This document shows positions 9,727-18,871 of a DNA stretch of 38,146 bases, one piece after another. The position numbers were made by a program, and so were the translations under genes. Source of the stretch: Caldimonas sp. (GTDB lineage Bacteria; Pseudomonadota; Gammaproteobacteria; Burkholderiales; Burkholderiaceae_C); NCBI GenBank assembly GCA_036503045.1, contig DASXXO010000155.1, positions 1 through 38,146 of the forward strand, written 5' to 3'. How positions within the stretch are numbered: the first letter of the stretch is position 1; each line of letters begins with the position of its first letter. Below the pieces are notes generated by a model. That model saw nothing but the letters and a program-made list of their open reading frames with translations, made no database searches and was not told where the DNA came from.

Positions 9727-10196
9727 CAACTCGAGCAGGCTGCGCAGCATCCAGGCGGTCTGCTCGTGCACACCGAGGCGCTGCGTCAAGAGGTCCGCGG
9801 TCGGCTCGTCGCCGGCTTTCGCGGCGAGCGGGAAGATGCCGCGCGCGGTGCGCGCCACGGCCTCGTGTCCGTCGACCAGGATGCGCACCATGTCGAGCGC
9901 CGCCGGCGGCGACTCGGGGACGTCCTTGATCGAGCTGAGGCGGCCGAACTGCGCATACGAGCCGGGGGCGGGATGGCCGAGCGCGCGGATACGCTCGGCC
10001 ACCGGATCGACCGCGTTCCAGAGCTCGGTGTACTGCTCCATGAACATCAGGTGCAGCGTGTTGAACGTCGGCCCGGTCACGTTCCAGTGAAAGTTGTGGG
10101 TCGTCAGGTAGAGCGTGTAGGTGTCGGCGAGCCGCTTCGACAGGCCACCGGCGATGGCGGCGCGGCCGGCCTCGTCGCGGGGGCGGGTTGCGCCAT
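9727..10196 (-). pseudogene. dps: Dps (DNA starvation/stationary-phase protection protein), frameshifted near the 5' end and lacking its stop codon
   Basis: Dps core [21 protein letters not shown]...AERIRALG...DEPTADLL...[13 protein letters not shown]. The nearest ATG (10196) is out of frame and stops after ~30 codons. TTG at 9727-9729 sits where the stop is expected, so the frame reads into the convergent gene. Confidence 0.75.
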
Positions 10197-10253
10197 GTTT
10201 TTTGTTCCGCGAGGAGAGGGATGAAACGGTAGCGCCGTTGGCGGCGGAAGCGG

Positions 10254-10290
10254 ATCGTTTTTGCCAAGCGCCGGGATAGACAGAGGGTTG
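10254..10290. promoter_or_regulatory. Putative OxyR-binding site upstream of dps
   Basis: ATCG-N7-CAAG-N7-ATAG-N7-GTTG versus consensus ATAG-N7-CTAT-N7-ATAG-N7-CTAT (10/16, exact spacing). It lies 22 nt upstream of a -10-like TACCGT (minus strand, 10226-10231). Confidence 0.4.
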
Positions 10291-10391
10291 CCCCAGAGGA
10301 CGTCGTCCGCCGGAATCCACCACAATCGTTCGCTGCGCGTCGAGACCGCAGGCGGTCGGCGCCCGGCCCCGCGCAATGGACGGAATTCGCC

Positions 10392-11276
10392 ATGTTGGAA
10401 TACAACCAAGACAAGCTCACCGCGGACGCGCTCGCGGTCTACGAGAAGACGCGCGATCCGCGCCTGCGCGAGATCATGAAATCGCTGGTCAAGCACCTGC
10501 ACGCGTTTGCGCGCGAGGTCGACCTGACCCCCGAAGAGTGGCTCGAGGGCATCCGCTTCGTCACCAGGACCGGGCAGATCTCGACCGACAAGCGCCCCGA
10601 GTTCATCCTCCTGTCGGACGTGCTCGGCCTGTCGATGATGGTCGTCTCGCTGCAGCAGGCGCGAGCGAGCGGCGGCGCGAAGGGCGCGACCGAAGCGACC
10701 GAGGCGACCGTCGAAGGGCCGTTCTACTGGCCCGGCGCTCCCGACGTCGCGCTCGGCACCGACATCGGCGAAGGCGTCCCGGGCGAGCCGGCGTTCTACT
10801 CGGGGCGCATCACCGACCTCGACGGCAAGCCGCTCGCCGGTGCGCTGCTCGACGTCTGGTCGGGCGACGGCGACGGCAAGTACGACCTGCAGCTCTCGGC
10901 CGAGCCGACGATGCGTGCGCGCGGGCGCTTTCGCACCGACGGCGAGGGCCGCTACTGGTTCTGGTCGATCCGGCCGACGTTCTATCCGGTGCCGGTCGAC
11001 GGGCCGGTCGGCGAGATGATGCGCGCGACCGACCGCAGCATCTACCGGCCGGGGCACATCCACATGATGGTCTCCGCCGTTGGCCACGTTCCGCTGACGA
11101 CGCACATCTTCGTCGCCAACAGCCCCTACATCGACGAGGACGTGGTATTCGGCAAGCGCGACAGCCTGGTCGTCGACTTCGCGAAGCATGCACCCGGCAA
11201 GGCGCCCGACGGACGCGAGATGACGGCGCCGTACCACTCGGCGAGCTACGACTTCCGCCTCGCGCCGACGCCGTGA
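10392..11276 (+). CDS. Intradiol ring-cleavage dioxygenase (hydroxyquinol 1,2-dioxygenase-like)
   Basis: [39 protein letters not shown]; Fe ligands Tyr (GKYD), Tyr (FYPVP), His-x-His (RPGHIH). Confidence 0.9.
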   Translation: MLEYNQDKLTADALAVYEKTRDPRLREIMKSLVKHLHAFAREVDLTPEEWLEGIRFVTRTGQISTDKRPEFILLSDVLGLSMMVVSLQQARASGGAKGATEATEATVEGPFYWPGAPDVALGTDIGEGVPGEPAFYSGRITDLDGKPLAGALLDVWSGDGDGKYDLQLSAEPTMRARGRFRTDGEGRYWFWSIRPTFYPVPVDGPVGEMMRATDRSIYRPGHIHMMVSAVGHVPLTTHIFVANSPYIDEDVVFGKRDSLVVDFAKHAPGKAPDGREMTAPYHSASYDFRLAPTP

Positions 11277-12079
11277 AGATCGGCAAGGCGACGGTGCCGC
11301 GCACCGCAATCTCGACCTCCGACGAGCACACGATCGTCGTGCGCGGGCGCGACCTCTCGAAGGAGCTGATCGGCAAGGTCTCGTTCGTCGAGCACTTCTT
11401 CCTGCTCCTCACCGGGAAGCTCCCGTCCGCCGGCGAAGCGGCAGTGCTGAACGCGACGCTGGTAGCGATCGCCGACCACGGCCTCGTGCCGAGCGTGCAG
11501 GCGGCGCGCATGACCTTCGCCGCCGCGCCCGACGCGATGCAGGGCGCGGTCGCGGCCGGGATTCTCGGCTGCGGCTCGGTCGTCCTCGGCTCCTCCGAGA
11601 CCGCGGGCCGCATGTACAGCGAGATCGACGCCGAAGTGCGATCGGGCAAGGCGATCGACGTCGCCGCGCTCGACGTGATGCGCGCGTGGCGCGCCGCCGG
11701 CCGGGCGATCCCCGGCTACGGTCACCCCCTGCACAAGGAGCGCGATGCGCGCGTCGGCGCGCTATTCGACGTCGCGCGTGCAGCCGGAACCGACCTGCGC
11801 TTCGTCGCCATCGCCGAGGCGGCCGAGGCGGCGATTCCCGCGCTCCTGAAGAAGGACCTGAAGCTCAACGTCTCGGGCGCGATTCCCGCAGTGCTGCTCG
11901 GCGCCGGCTTTCCGGTCGAGGCGCTGAAGGGCGTGCCGATCCTCGCCCGCACGGCCGGGCTGATCGCGCACCTCTACGAGGAGATCGGCCAGCCGATCGG
12001 CTTCGCGCTCTCGTACCAGGCGACGCGCGAGATGGAATACGACGGCGCGCTGCCGGCCGGCTTTGGCCGCCACGCGTGA
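11273..12079 (+). CDS. Citryl-CoA lyase-like protein (citrate synthase fold)
   Basis: GTG start overlapping the previous stop (GTGA). IVVRGRDL, DHGLVPS, IPGYGHP, LNVSGAI, ARTAGLIAH motifs. Confidence 0.82.
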   Translation: MKIGKATVPRTAISTSDEHTIVVRGRDLSKELIGKVSFVEHFFLLLTGKLPSAGEAAVLNATLVAIADHGLVPSVQAARMTFAAAPDAMQGAVAAGILGCGSVVLGSSETAGRMYSEIDAEVRSGKAIDVAALDVMRAWRAAGRAIPGYGHPLHKERDARVGALFDVARAAGTDLRFVAIAEAAEAAIPALLKKDLKLNVSGAIPAVLLGAGFPVEALKGVPILARTAGLIAHLYEEIGQPIGFALSYQATREMEYDGALPAGFGRHA

Positions 12080-12089
12080 GCGCGTCGCC

Positions 12090-13247
12090 ATGACGAAGGT
12101 CCTGGAAGGGATCAAGGTCGTCGAGCAGGGAACGTTCATCACCGGCCCCGCGTGCGGGATGTTGCTCGGCGATCTCGGCGCCGACGTGGTCAAGGTCGAG
12201 CAGCCGGGCAGCGGCGATCCGTTTCGCGCCTTCAAGGGCGGCCTCTACAGCCCGCACTTCCAGACCTACAACCGCAACAAGCGCAGCATCACGCTCGACT
12301 CGAAGAACGCCGACGACCGCGCCGTTCTCGACGCACTGATCGGCCAGGCCGACGTCTACATCCAGAACTTTCGACCCGGGGTTGCCGAGAAGCTCGGCGT
12401 CGGCGCCGTGCGCCTGCGCGCGCTCAACCCGCGCCTCGTCTACGCCTCGATCAGCGGCTTCGGCGCGAGCGGCCCGGCGGCGGCGCGGCCCGCGTACGAC
12501 ACCGTTGCGCAGGCGGCGAGCGGGTTCCTGAAGCTCCTCGTCAACCCCGAGAACCCGCGCGTCGTCGGGCCGGCGATCGCCGATGCGCTGACCGGGTTCT
12601 ACGCCGCCTACGGCGTGCTCGGCGCGCTTGTCGAACGCGGCCGCACGGGAGTCGGCCGCACGGTCGAGGTGTCGATGCTCGAGGCGATGGCGCACTTCAA
12701 CCTCGACGCGTTCACGCACTACTTCCAGGCCGACGAGGTGATGGGCCCGTACAGCCGGCCGCGCGTCTCGCAGTCGTACGTGCTCGAATGCGGCGATGGC
12801 AAGTGGATCGCGCTGCACATGTCGTCGCCCGAGAAGTTCTGGCAGGGTCTGGCGCAGGCGATCGAGCAGCCCGGCCTGTTCGACGACGCGCGCTTCGCGA
12901 CGCGCCAGGCACGGATCGAACACCAGGAGGCGCTGATCGAGCTGCTCGGCGCCAAGTTCGCGAAGCGCACGCGCGCCGAATGGTGCGAGCGGCTCGAGCG
13001 GCTCGACGTGCCGCACGCGCCGATGTACGACACCAGCGAGGCGCTGCTCGACCCGCAAGCGGTGCACCTGCAGCTCACGGCCTCGGCCGAGCACCCGGTG
13101 ATGGGGCTCTTCAGGACCGTGCGCTCGCCGGTGTCATTCGACGGCGAGCGCGCGCTCGACGTGCGGCCGCCGCCGATGCTCGGCGAGCACGGCGACGAGA
13201 TCCGGCGCGAACTGCAGAATTCCCAACGAAGGAGACAAGCCCCATGA
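12090..13247 (+). CDS. CaiB/BaiF (family III) CoA-transferase
   Basis: LEGIKVVE, GPACGMLLGDLGADVVKVE, NRNKRSITLD, QNFRPG, ISGFG, catalytic Asp in AIADAL. Confidence 0.92.
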   Translation: MTKVLEGIKVVEQGTFITGPACGMLLGDLGADVVKVEQPGSGDPFRAFKGGLYSPHFQTYNRNKRSITLDSKNADDRAVLDALIGQADVYIQNFRPGVAEKLGVGAVRLRALNPRLVYASISGFGASGPAAARPAYDTVAQAASGFLKLLVNPENPRVVGPAIADALTGFYAAYGVLGALVERGRTGVGRTVEVSMLEAMAHFNLDAFTHYFQADEVMGPYSRPRVSQSYVLECGDGKWIALHMSSPEKFWQGLAQAIEQPGLFDDARFATRQARIEHQEALIELLGAKFAKRTRAEWCERLERLDVPHAPMYDTSEALLDPQAVHLQLTASAEHPVMGLFRTVRSPVSFDGERALDVRPPPMLGEHGDEIRRELQNSQRRRQAP

Positions 13248-14458
13248 AGATCGACACCTTCTTCTCGCGCCGCGCGATGCTCGGCACTGCGCTGCTTGCG
13301 CTCGCCGCGCTCACTCCGCTCGCATCGGCTCAGCCCGCCGGCCAGCCGGTTCGCATCGGCAGCACGCTCGCGCTCACTGGCCCGCTCGCGGCGACGGCGC
13401 AGATCCACAGAATCGTCGGCGAGATCTACGTCGAGCAGCTCAACAAGCGCGGCGGCCTGCTCGGCCGGCCGGTCGAGTGGATCGTCAAGGACGACCAGAG
13501 CAAGCCCGATCTCGCGCGCACGCTTTACGAGCAGCTCATCACCGCCGACAAGGTCGACCTGCTGATGGGCCCGTACGCCACCGGCGCGATCCTCTCGGCG
13601 ATGGGCGTCGCCCAGCGCTACAACAAGGTGCTCGTCCACCACACGCTCGGAATTCCGTCGCTCGCCAAGTACGAAATGCAGTTCCCGGCCTGGTCGCTCG
13701 GCTCCGATCCGGCGACGACGGTTCCGAACACGCTCTTCGATGCGCTCGCCGCCGGGCCGAAGCCGCCGAAGACGGTCGCAGTCCTCACCAACAAGTTCCC
13801 GTCGATCCAGTTCATGACCGCCGGCGCGCGCGAGGTGCTGAAGAAGCGCGGCCTCACGGAGGTGCTGTTCCTCGAGTGGGACTTCGGCAACCGCGACTTC
13901 GGCCCGATCGCCAACCGTGTCAAGGACGCCAAGCCCGACTTCGTCTGGGTCGGCGCGATCGGCCTCGACGGCAACCTGCTGCTCGACGCGATGAAGAAGA
14001 TCGACTACGTGCCGCCGCAGCATTTCTATCTCTACCCGGCGCCGGGGCCGCTGGTCGCGCTGCCGGAGGCGAAGAACGCGCTCTCGGTGACGATCTTCGA
14101 GGAGCAGCCGCCGTTCACCTCCAACCCGGGCGCCGCCGAGTTCGTCAAGCTTTACCGCGAGCGCGCGACGAAGGCGGGCCTCGCCGATCCCTCGGTGGAA
14201 ACGCAGGCAGCTGCGTCGTATACCGCCTGGCAGATCCTCGAGGCGGGCGTCAACGCGACGAAGAGCCTCGACGACAAGGCGATCGCGACCTGGCTGAAAG
14301 CCAACCGCGTCGACACGATCCAGGGCAAGCTCCGCTTCGACGGCGTCGGCAACTTCGGCGACGACCTGATGCGCATCAAGCAGGTGCAGAACGGCCACTG
14401 GGTCGTCGTCTGGCCGAAGGAAGTGACCTCGGGCGGCGCCAAGCTGCTCGCTCCCTGA
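13244..14458 (+). CDS. Branched-chain amino acid (Liv/HAAT)-type ABC substrate-binding protein
   Basis: AGGAG SD and ATGA overlap. SRRAML signal, VRIGSTLALTG, GGLLGRPVE, DDQS, MGPY motifs. Confidence 0.9.
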   Translation: MKIDTFFSRRAMLGTALLALAALTPLASAQPAGQPVRIGSTLALTGPLAATAQIHRIVGEIYVEQLNKRGGLLGRPVEWIVKDDQSKPDLARTLYEQLITADKVDLLMGPYATGAILSAMGVAQRYNKVLVHHTLGIPSLAKYEMQFPAWSLGSDPATTVPNTLFDALAAGPKPPKTVAVLTNKFPSIQFMTAGAREVLKKRGLTEVLFLEWDFGNRDFGPIANRVKDAKPDFVWVGAIGLDGNLLLDAMKKIDYVPPQHFYLYPAPGPLVALPEAKNALSVTIFEEQPPFTSNPGAAEFVKLYRERATKAGLADPSVETQAAASYTAWQILEAGVNATKSLDDKAIATWLKANRVDTIQGKLRFDGVGNFGDDLMRIKQVQNGHWVVVWPKEVTSGGAKLLAP

Positions 14459-14471
14459 GCGGCGCGCCGCG

Positions 14472-15338
14472 ATGTCGGCGTTCACGCTGCCGAGCCCCTC
14501 TCTGCTCGCGCAAAGCGTCCTCTCCGGCATCTTCGTCGGTGCGCTCTACGGCCTCCTCGGGCTCGGGCTGAGCCTCAGCTGGGGGCTGCTGCGCCTGATC
14601 AACCTCGCCCACTTCGCGTTCGCGTTCCTCGCCGCGTACCTCTGCCTGCAACTCGCGTCGATGGGCGTCGACCCGCTCCTGACGCTGGTCGCGATCGTGC
14701 CGGCGTTCTTCGCGCTCGGCGTCGCGCTGCACTGGGTGATGGCACGCTTTTCGGTGACGCCGTTCAACTCGCTGCTGCTGACGTTCGGCCTGATGGGAAT
14801 CGTCGAGGCGATCATCCAGTCGATCTGGACCGCCGACTTTCGCAAGCTCGAGTCTGTCTACGCGAACCAGAAGTTCAAGCTCGGCGCGCTGTTCGTGCCT
14901 CTGCCCGAGCTGATCACGCTGGTCCTCGCGCTCGGCCTCGCCGGTGCAGTGTGGGCGGTGCTGCGCTTCACCGACCTCGGCAAGGCGCTCCGCGCCGCCG
15001 CCGAGGACGGACCGATTGCGTCGGCCTTCGGCGTCAACCGCAAGCGCAACGCGTTGCTCCTCGCCGGCACCTGCTCCGCACTGGTCGGCATCGCGGGCGT
15101 GTGTCTTGCGCTCAGCTTCACGCTCGCTCCGTCGCAGATGTACGCCTGGATCGGCGTCGTCTTCGCCGCCGTGATGCTCGGCGGCCTGGGCAGCGCGCTC
15201 GGGCCGCTCATCGCCGGCACGCTGATCGGCGTCAGCGAGGCGGTGACGATGGCGGTGACCGCGCCGTCGTGGGCGCCGATCGTCTCGTTCACGCTCCTCA
15301 TCGTCGTGCTCGTCTTGCGGCCCGGGAAGGCGGCGTGA
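14472..15338 (+). CDS. Liv-type ABC permease (LivH-like)
   Basis: GALYGLLGLGLSLSWG..INLAH, TDLGKALRA, LGGLGS motifs. Confidence 0.9.
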   Translation: MSAFTLPSPSLLAQSVLSGIFVGALYGLLGLGLSLSWGLLRLINLAHFAFAFLAAYLCLQLASMGVDPLLTLVAIVPAFFALGVALHWVMARFSVTPFNSLLLTFGLMGIVEAIIQSIWTADFRKLESVYANQKFKLGALFVPLPELITLVLALGLAGAVWAVLRFTDLGKALRAAAEDGPIASAFGVNRKRNALLLAGTCSALVGIAGVCLALSFTLAPSQMYAWIGVVFAAVMLGGLGSALGPLIAGTLIGVSEAVTMAVTAPSWAPIVSFTLLIVVLVLRPGKAA

Positions 15339-17089
15339 GGCGCACGCCCCTTGTCATCGTCGGGGTTGCGCTGCTGCTGGCGTTCATTCCGCGCCTCGGG
15401 TTGCCGGCCTTCTACGACTCGCTGCTCTACCTCATGCTGCACTGGATCGTGCTCGCGACCTCGTGGAACATCCTGTCCGGATACACCGGCTACTTCTCGT
15501 TCGGCCACGGCGCGTTCTTCGGCGCGGGGCTGTACACGACGAGCACGCTGCTGGCGCGCTACGACTGGCCGTTCCTCTGGACCTTGCCGGTCGCCGCTGC
15601 CGTCGCCGCGGTGCTCGGGGTGGCGCTCGGCACGGTGGTCTTTCGCGTCCGGAGCGTGCGCGGCGAGCTGTTCGCGCTGCTTACGCTCGCGATCACCTTC
15701 GTTCTCGGCACGATCGTCGGCAACACGCCGATCGACGGCGGCCAGGGCGTGTCGCTGACGTCGGTTTCGGTGCCACACATCGGCCCGACGCCGTCGTCGA
15801 CCTTCTACCTGCTCGCGCTCGCCGCGGCGACGCTCACGCTGCTCGTCGCCTGGGCGATCTACGTCTCGCGCTTCGGCGCGGGCCTGTTCGCCATCCACGA
15901 CGACGAGGATGCCGCCGAGGTGATGGGTGTGCCGACCTACCGCTACAAGCTCGCTGCGCTTGCGATCTCGTGCGCGCTCGCCGGCACCGCCGGCGGCATC
16001 CATGCGCTGTTCCTGTCGTATGTGACGGTCGGCGAGGTGTTCACGATCACGGTACCGCTGACGGTCGTGTTGATGAGCGTGCTCGGCGGAACGCGCCACT
16101 GGGCCGGCCCGGCGATCGGCGCGGTCGCGATCACCGGCCTTCTCTACAGCTTCACCGCCGCCGACAACGCCCTCGCCGGCAAGGCCGCGATCGGCGCAAT
16201 CCTGATCGCTGCGATCCTGTTCATGCCCGACGGCATCCTGCCGCGCCTGCAGCGGGCGTTCCGGCGCCGCGCGCCAGCGAGCGCGGCGGTCGAGCGCCAG
16301 GCCATCGACACCGCCGCGCCGCCGCTCGCGACGCGCAGGACGGACGCGGAGACGCCAGCCGGCGAGGTCGTCTTGCGCGTCACCGGCCTGCACAAGCGAT
16401 TCAAGGGCGTGCGCGCGCTCGCCGGGGTCGAAGTCGAGGTGCGGCGCGGCGAGATCCTCGGCCTGCTCGGGCCGAACGGCTCAGGCAAGTCGACCTTCAT
16501 CAACGTCGTCAGCGGCCACTACGCCCCGACCGCGGGCGAGATCGTCTTCGAGGGCCACGCGCTCGAGCGCCGCGCCGCGCATCGCATCGCGGCCGCCGGA
16601 ATCGCGCGCACGTACCAGATCCCGCGCCCGTTTGCGCACATGAACGTGCGCGACAACGTCGCGCTGGCGGCGATGTTCGGCGCCGGCATCCGAAGCCCCA
16701 GCGCGGCGCGCGCCGAGGCGCGCCAATGGCTCGCGTTCACCGGCCTCGACGCCAAGGCCGACGCGCTGCCCGACGAGCTCAACCTGCATCAGCGCAAGTT
16801 CCTCGAGCTCGCGCGCGCGCTCGCGTCGCGGCCGCGCCTCGTGCTGCTCGACGAGGTGCTGTGCGGGCTGACGCCGAGCGAGATCGACGGTGCCGTCGCT
16901 CTGATCCGCAGGATCCGCGACCAGGGGTCGACGATCGTCTTCGTCGAGCACGTGATGCGCGCGGTGATGGCGCTCACCGACCGCGTCGTCGTCTTCCACC
17001 ACGGCGAGCTGCTCGCCGAGGGCCGCGCCGCCGACGTGATGCAGCGCCCCGAGGTGATGACCGCGTACCTCGGACGCGCCCATGCTTGA
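15335..17089 (+). CDS. Fused Liv-type ABC permease/ATP-binding protein (LivM-LivG)
   Basis: GTG start overlapping the previous stop. SWNILSGYTGYFSFGH permease half is in frame with the GPNGSGKST / LLDE / VEH ATPase half. Confidence 0.88.
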   Translation: MRRTPLVIVGVALLLAFIPRLGLPAFYDSLLYLMLHWIVLATSWNILSGYTGYFSFGHGAFFGAGLYTTSTLLARYDWPFLWTLPVAAAVAAVLGVALGTVVFRVRSVRGELFALLTLAITFVLGTIVGNTPIDGGQGVSLTSVSVPHIGPTPSSTFYLLALAAATLTLLVAWAIYVSRFGAGLFAIHDDEDAAEVMGVPTYRYKLAALAISCALAGTAGGIHALFLSYVTVGEVFTITVPLTVVLMSVLGGTRHWAGPAIGAVAITGLLYSFTAADNALAGKAAIGAILIAAILFMPDGILPRLQRAFRRRAPASAAVERQAIDTAAPPLATRRTDAETPAGEVVLRVTGLHKRFKGVRALAGVEVEVRRGEILGLLGPNGSGKSTFINVVSGHYAPTAGEIVFEGHALERRAAHRIAAAGIARTYQIPRPFAHMNVRDNVALAAMFGAGIRSPSAARAEARQWLAFTGLDAKADALPDELNLHQRKFLELARALASRPRLVLLDEVLCGLTPSEIDGAVALIRRIRDQGSTIVFVEHVMRAVMALTDRVVVFHHGELLAEGRAADVMQRPEVMTAYLGRAHA

Positions 17090-17786
17090 GGTCCACGAGC
17101 TCCAGGTCTGGTACGGGGCGGCGCCGGCGCTCTGGGGCGTCTCGCTCGCGCTGCGCGCCGGCGAGCTGCTCTCGGTCGTCGGCCCGAATGGCGCCGGCAA
17201 GTCGACGCTCATCAACGCGATCGCCGGGATCGAGCCGGCGCGCGCCGGGCGCATCGTCTTCGCCGGCAAGGACATCACGCGTTGGCCACCGCATCGCTTC
17301 TGCGCCGCCGGCATCGCCGTCGTTCCGGAAGGGCGGCGCCTCTTCAGCGGCATGACGGTGCGCGAGAACCTCGAGCTCGGCAGCTACCTTCCGGCCGCCA
17401 AGGCCGAGCGCGCCGCGTCGCTCGACGCCGCGCTCGAGCTCTTCCCCGCGCTGCGCGAGAGGCTCGCCAGCCCAGCCGGCGAGCTTTCGGGCGGCCAGCA
17501 GCAGATGGTGGCGATCGCGCGCGCGCTGATGGCGCGGCCGCGCCTGCTGCTGCTCGACGAGCCGTCGCTCGGCCTGTCGCCCCTCATCGTCGAAGCCATG
17601 TTCGACGCGGTGCGCCGCATCAACGCGCAAGGCGTCGCGGTGCTGCTCGTCGAGCAGAACGTGGCGATGGCGATGTCGCTCTCGGACCGCGCCTACGTGC
17701 TCGAGGAAGGTCGTATCGTTGCCGAAGGCGAGCCGGACGACCTGCTCGCGCGCCCCGAGATCCAGCGCGCCTACCTCGGCGTCTGA
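17082..17786 (+). CDS. Liv-type ABC ATP-binding protein (LivF-like)
   Basis: GPNGAGKST, VPEGRRLF, LSGGQQQM, LLLDEPSLGL, VEQN. Confidence 0.92.
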   Translation: MLEVHELQVWYGAAPALWGVSLALRAGELLSVVGPNGAGKSTLINAIAGIEPARAGRIVFAGKDITRWPPHRFCAAGIAVVPEGRRLFSGMTVRENLELGSYLPAAKAERAASLDAALELFPALRERLASPAGELSGGQQQMVAIARALMARPRLLLLDEPSLGLSPLIVEAMFDAVRRINAQGVAVLLVEQNVAMAMSLSDRAYVLEEGRIVAEGEPDDLLARPEIQRAYLGV

Positions 17787-17826
17787 CGCGCCGGCTTGCG
17801 ATCGCAATCCATCGGAGATTCGAGCC

Positions 17827-18864
17827 ATGCTCTTTCCCACCACCATCGTCGGCAGCTTTCCCCAGCCCGAATGGCTGATCGACCGCGCCAGGCTCGCCGG
17901 GCGCTTTCCGCCGCGCGTGCGCGCCAGGGAGCTCTGGCGCGTCGCCCCCGAGTTCCTCGCCGAAGCGCAGGACGACGCGACCCTGATCGCGATCCGCGCG
18001 CAGGAGGAGGCCGGCCTCGACATCGTCAGCGACGGCGAGATCCGGCGCGAGAGTTACTCGAACCGCTTCGCGACCGCACTCGAAGGCGTCGATCTCGACA
18101 ACCCGGGCAGCGCGCTCGACCGCTCGGGGCATCCGAACCCGGTGCCGCGCATCGTCGGCACCATCCGGCGCAAGCACCCGGTCGAGGTCGGCGACCTCGA
18201 GTTCCTGCGCCGCCACACGACGCGCCAGACCAAGATCACCGTGCCCGGCCCGTTCACGATGCTGCAGCAGGCGCAGAACGACTTCTACGCAAGCGAGGAG
18301 GAGGCGGCGATGGACTACGCCGCCGCGGTGAACGAGGAGATCAAGGACCTCTTCGCAGCCGGCGCCGACGTCGTCCAGATCGACGAGCCGTACATGCAGG
18401 CGCGGCCCGAGAAGGCGCGCCGCTACGGCCTGCAGGCGCTCAACCGCGCGCTCGACGGCATCACCGGGACGACGGCGGTCCATATCTGCTTCGGCTACGC
18501 GGCGATCATCCACGAGCGGCCGAGCGGCTACTCTTTCCTCCCCGAGCTCGCGCAGTGCAGCTGCCGCCAGGTCTCGCTCGAGACGGCGCAGTCGAAGCTC
18601 GACTGCTCGGTGCTCGAATCGCTCGGCGGCAAGAAGCTGATGGTCGGCTGCATCGACCTCGCCGATCCCGCGGTCGAGTCGGCGGAGACGGTGGTCGCGC
18701 GGATCGAGCGCGCGCTGCCGTTCGTCGCGTCCGAGAACGTCATCCTCGCGCCCGACTGCGGCATGAAGTACCTGCCGCGCGCGACGGCTGTCGGCAAGCT
18801 GCGGGCGATGGTCGAGGCAGCGAAGATCCTGCGCGCGCGCCATGCGCGCACGGCCAACGCCTGA
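17827..18864 (+). CDS. Cobalamin-independent methionine synthase II family protein (MetE C-terminal/catalytic domain only)
   Basis: TTIVGSFPQP, AGLDIVSDGEIRR, VQIDEP; Zn ligands HIC(FG), E and PDCG. About 345 aa with no N-terminal folate-binding barrel. Confidence 0.85.
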   Translation: MLFPTTIVGSFPQPEWLIDRARLAGRFPPRVRARELWRVAPEFLAEAQDDATLIAIRAQEEAGLDIVSDGEIRRESYSNRFATALEGVDLDNPGSALDRSGHPNPVPRIVGTIRRKHPVEVGDLEFLRRHTTRQTKITVPGPFTMLQQAQNDFYASEEEAAMDYAAAVNEEIKDLFAAGADVVQIDEPYMQARPEKARRYGLQALNRALDGITGTTAVHICFGYAAIIHERPSGYSFLPELAQCSCRQVSLETAQSKLDCSVLESLGGKKLMVGCIDLADPAVESAETVVARIERALPFVASENVILAPDCGMKYLPRATAVGKLRAMVEAAKILRARHARTANA

Positions 18865-18871
18865 CGGCGCG

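Noticed and set aside
9601-10323. Intact 240-aa Dps with novel extensions
   Set aside because: The extensions are non-homologous, run through the promoter region and overlap the convergent gene; better explained as a pseudogene.
15335-17089. LivM-LivG fusion as a novelty or sequencing error
   Set aside because: Clean in-frame fusion with a linker; such fusions are common in HAAT-family systems.
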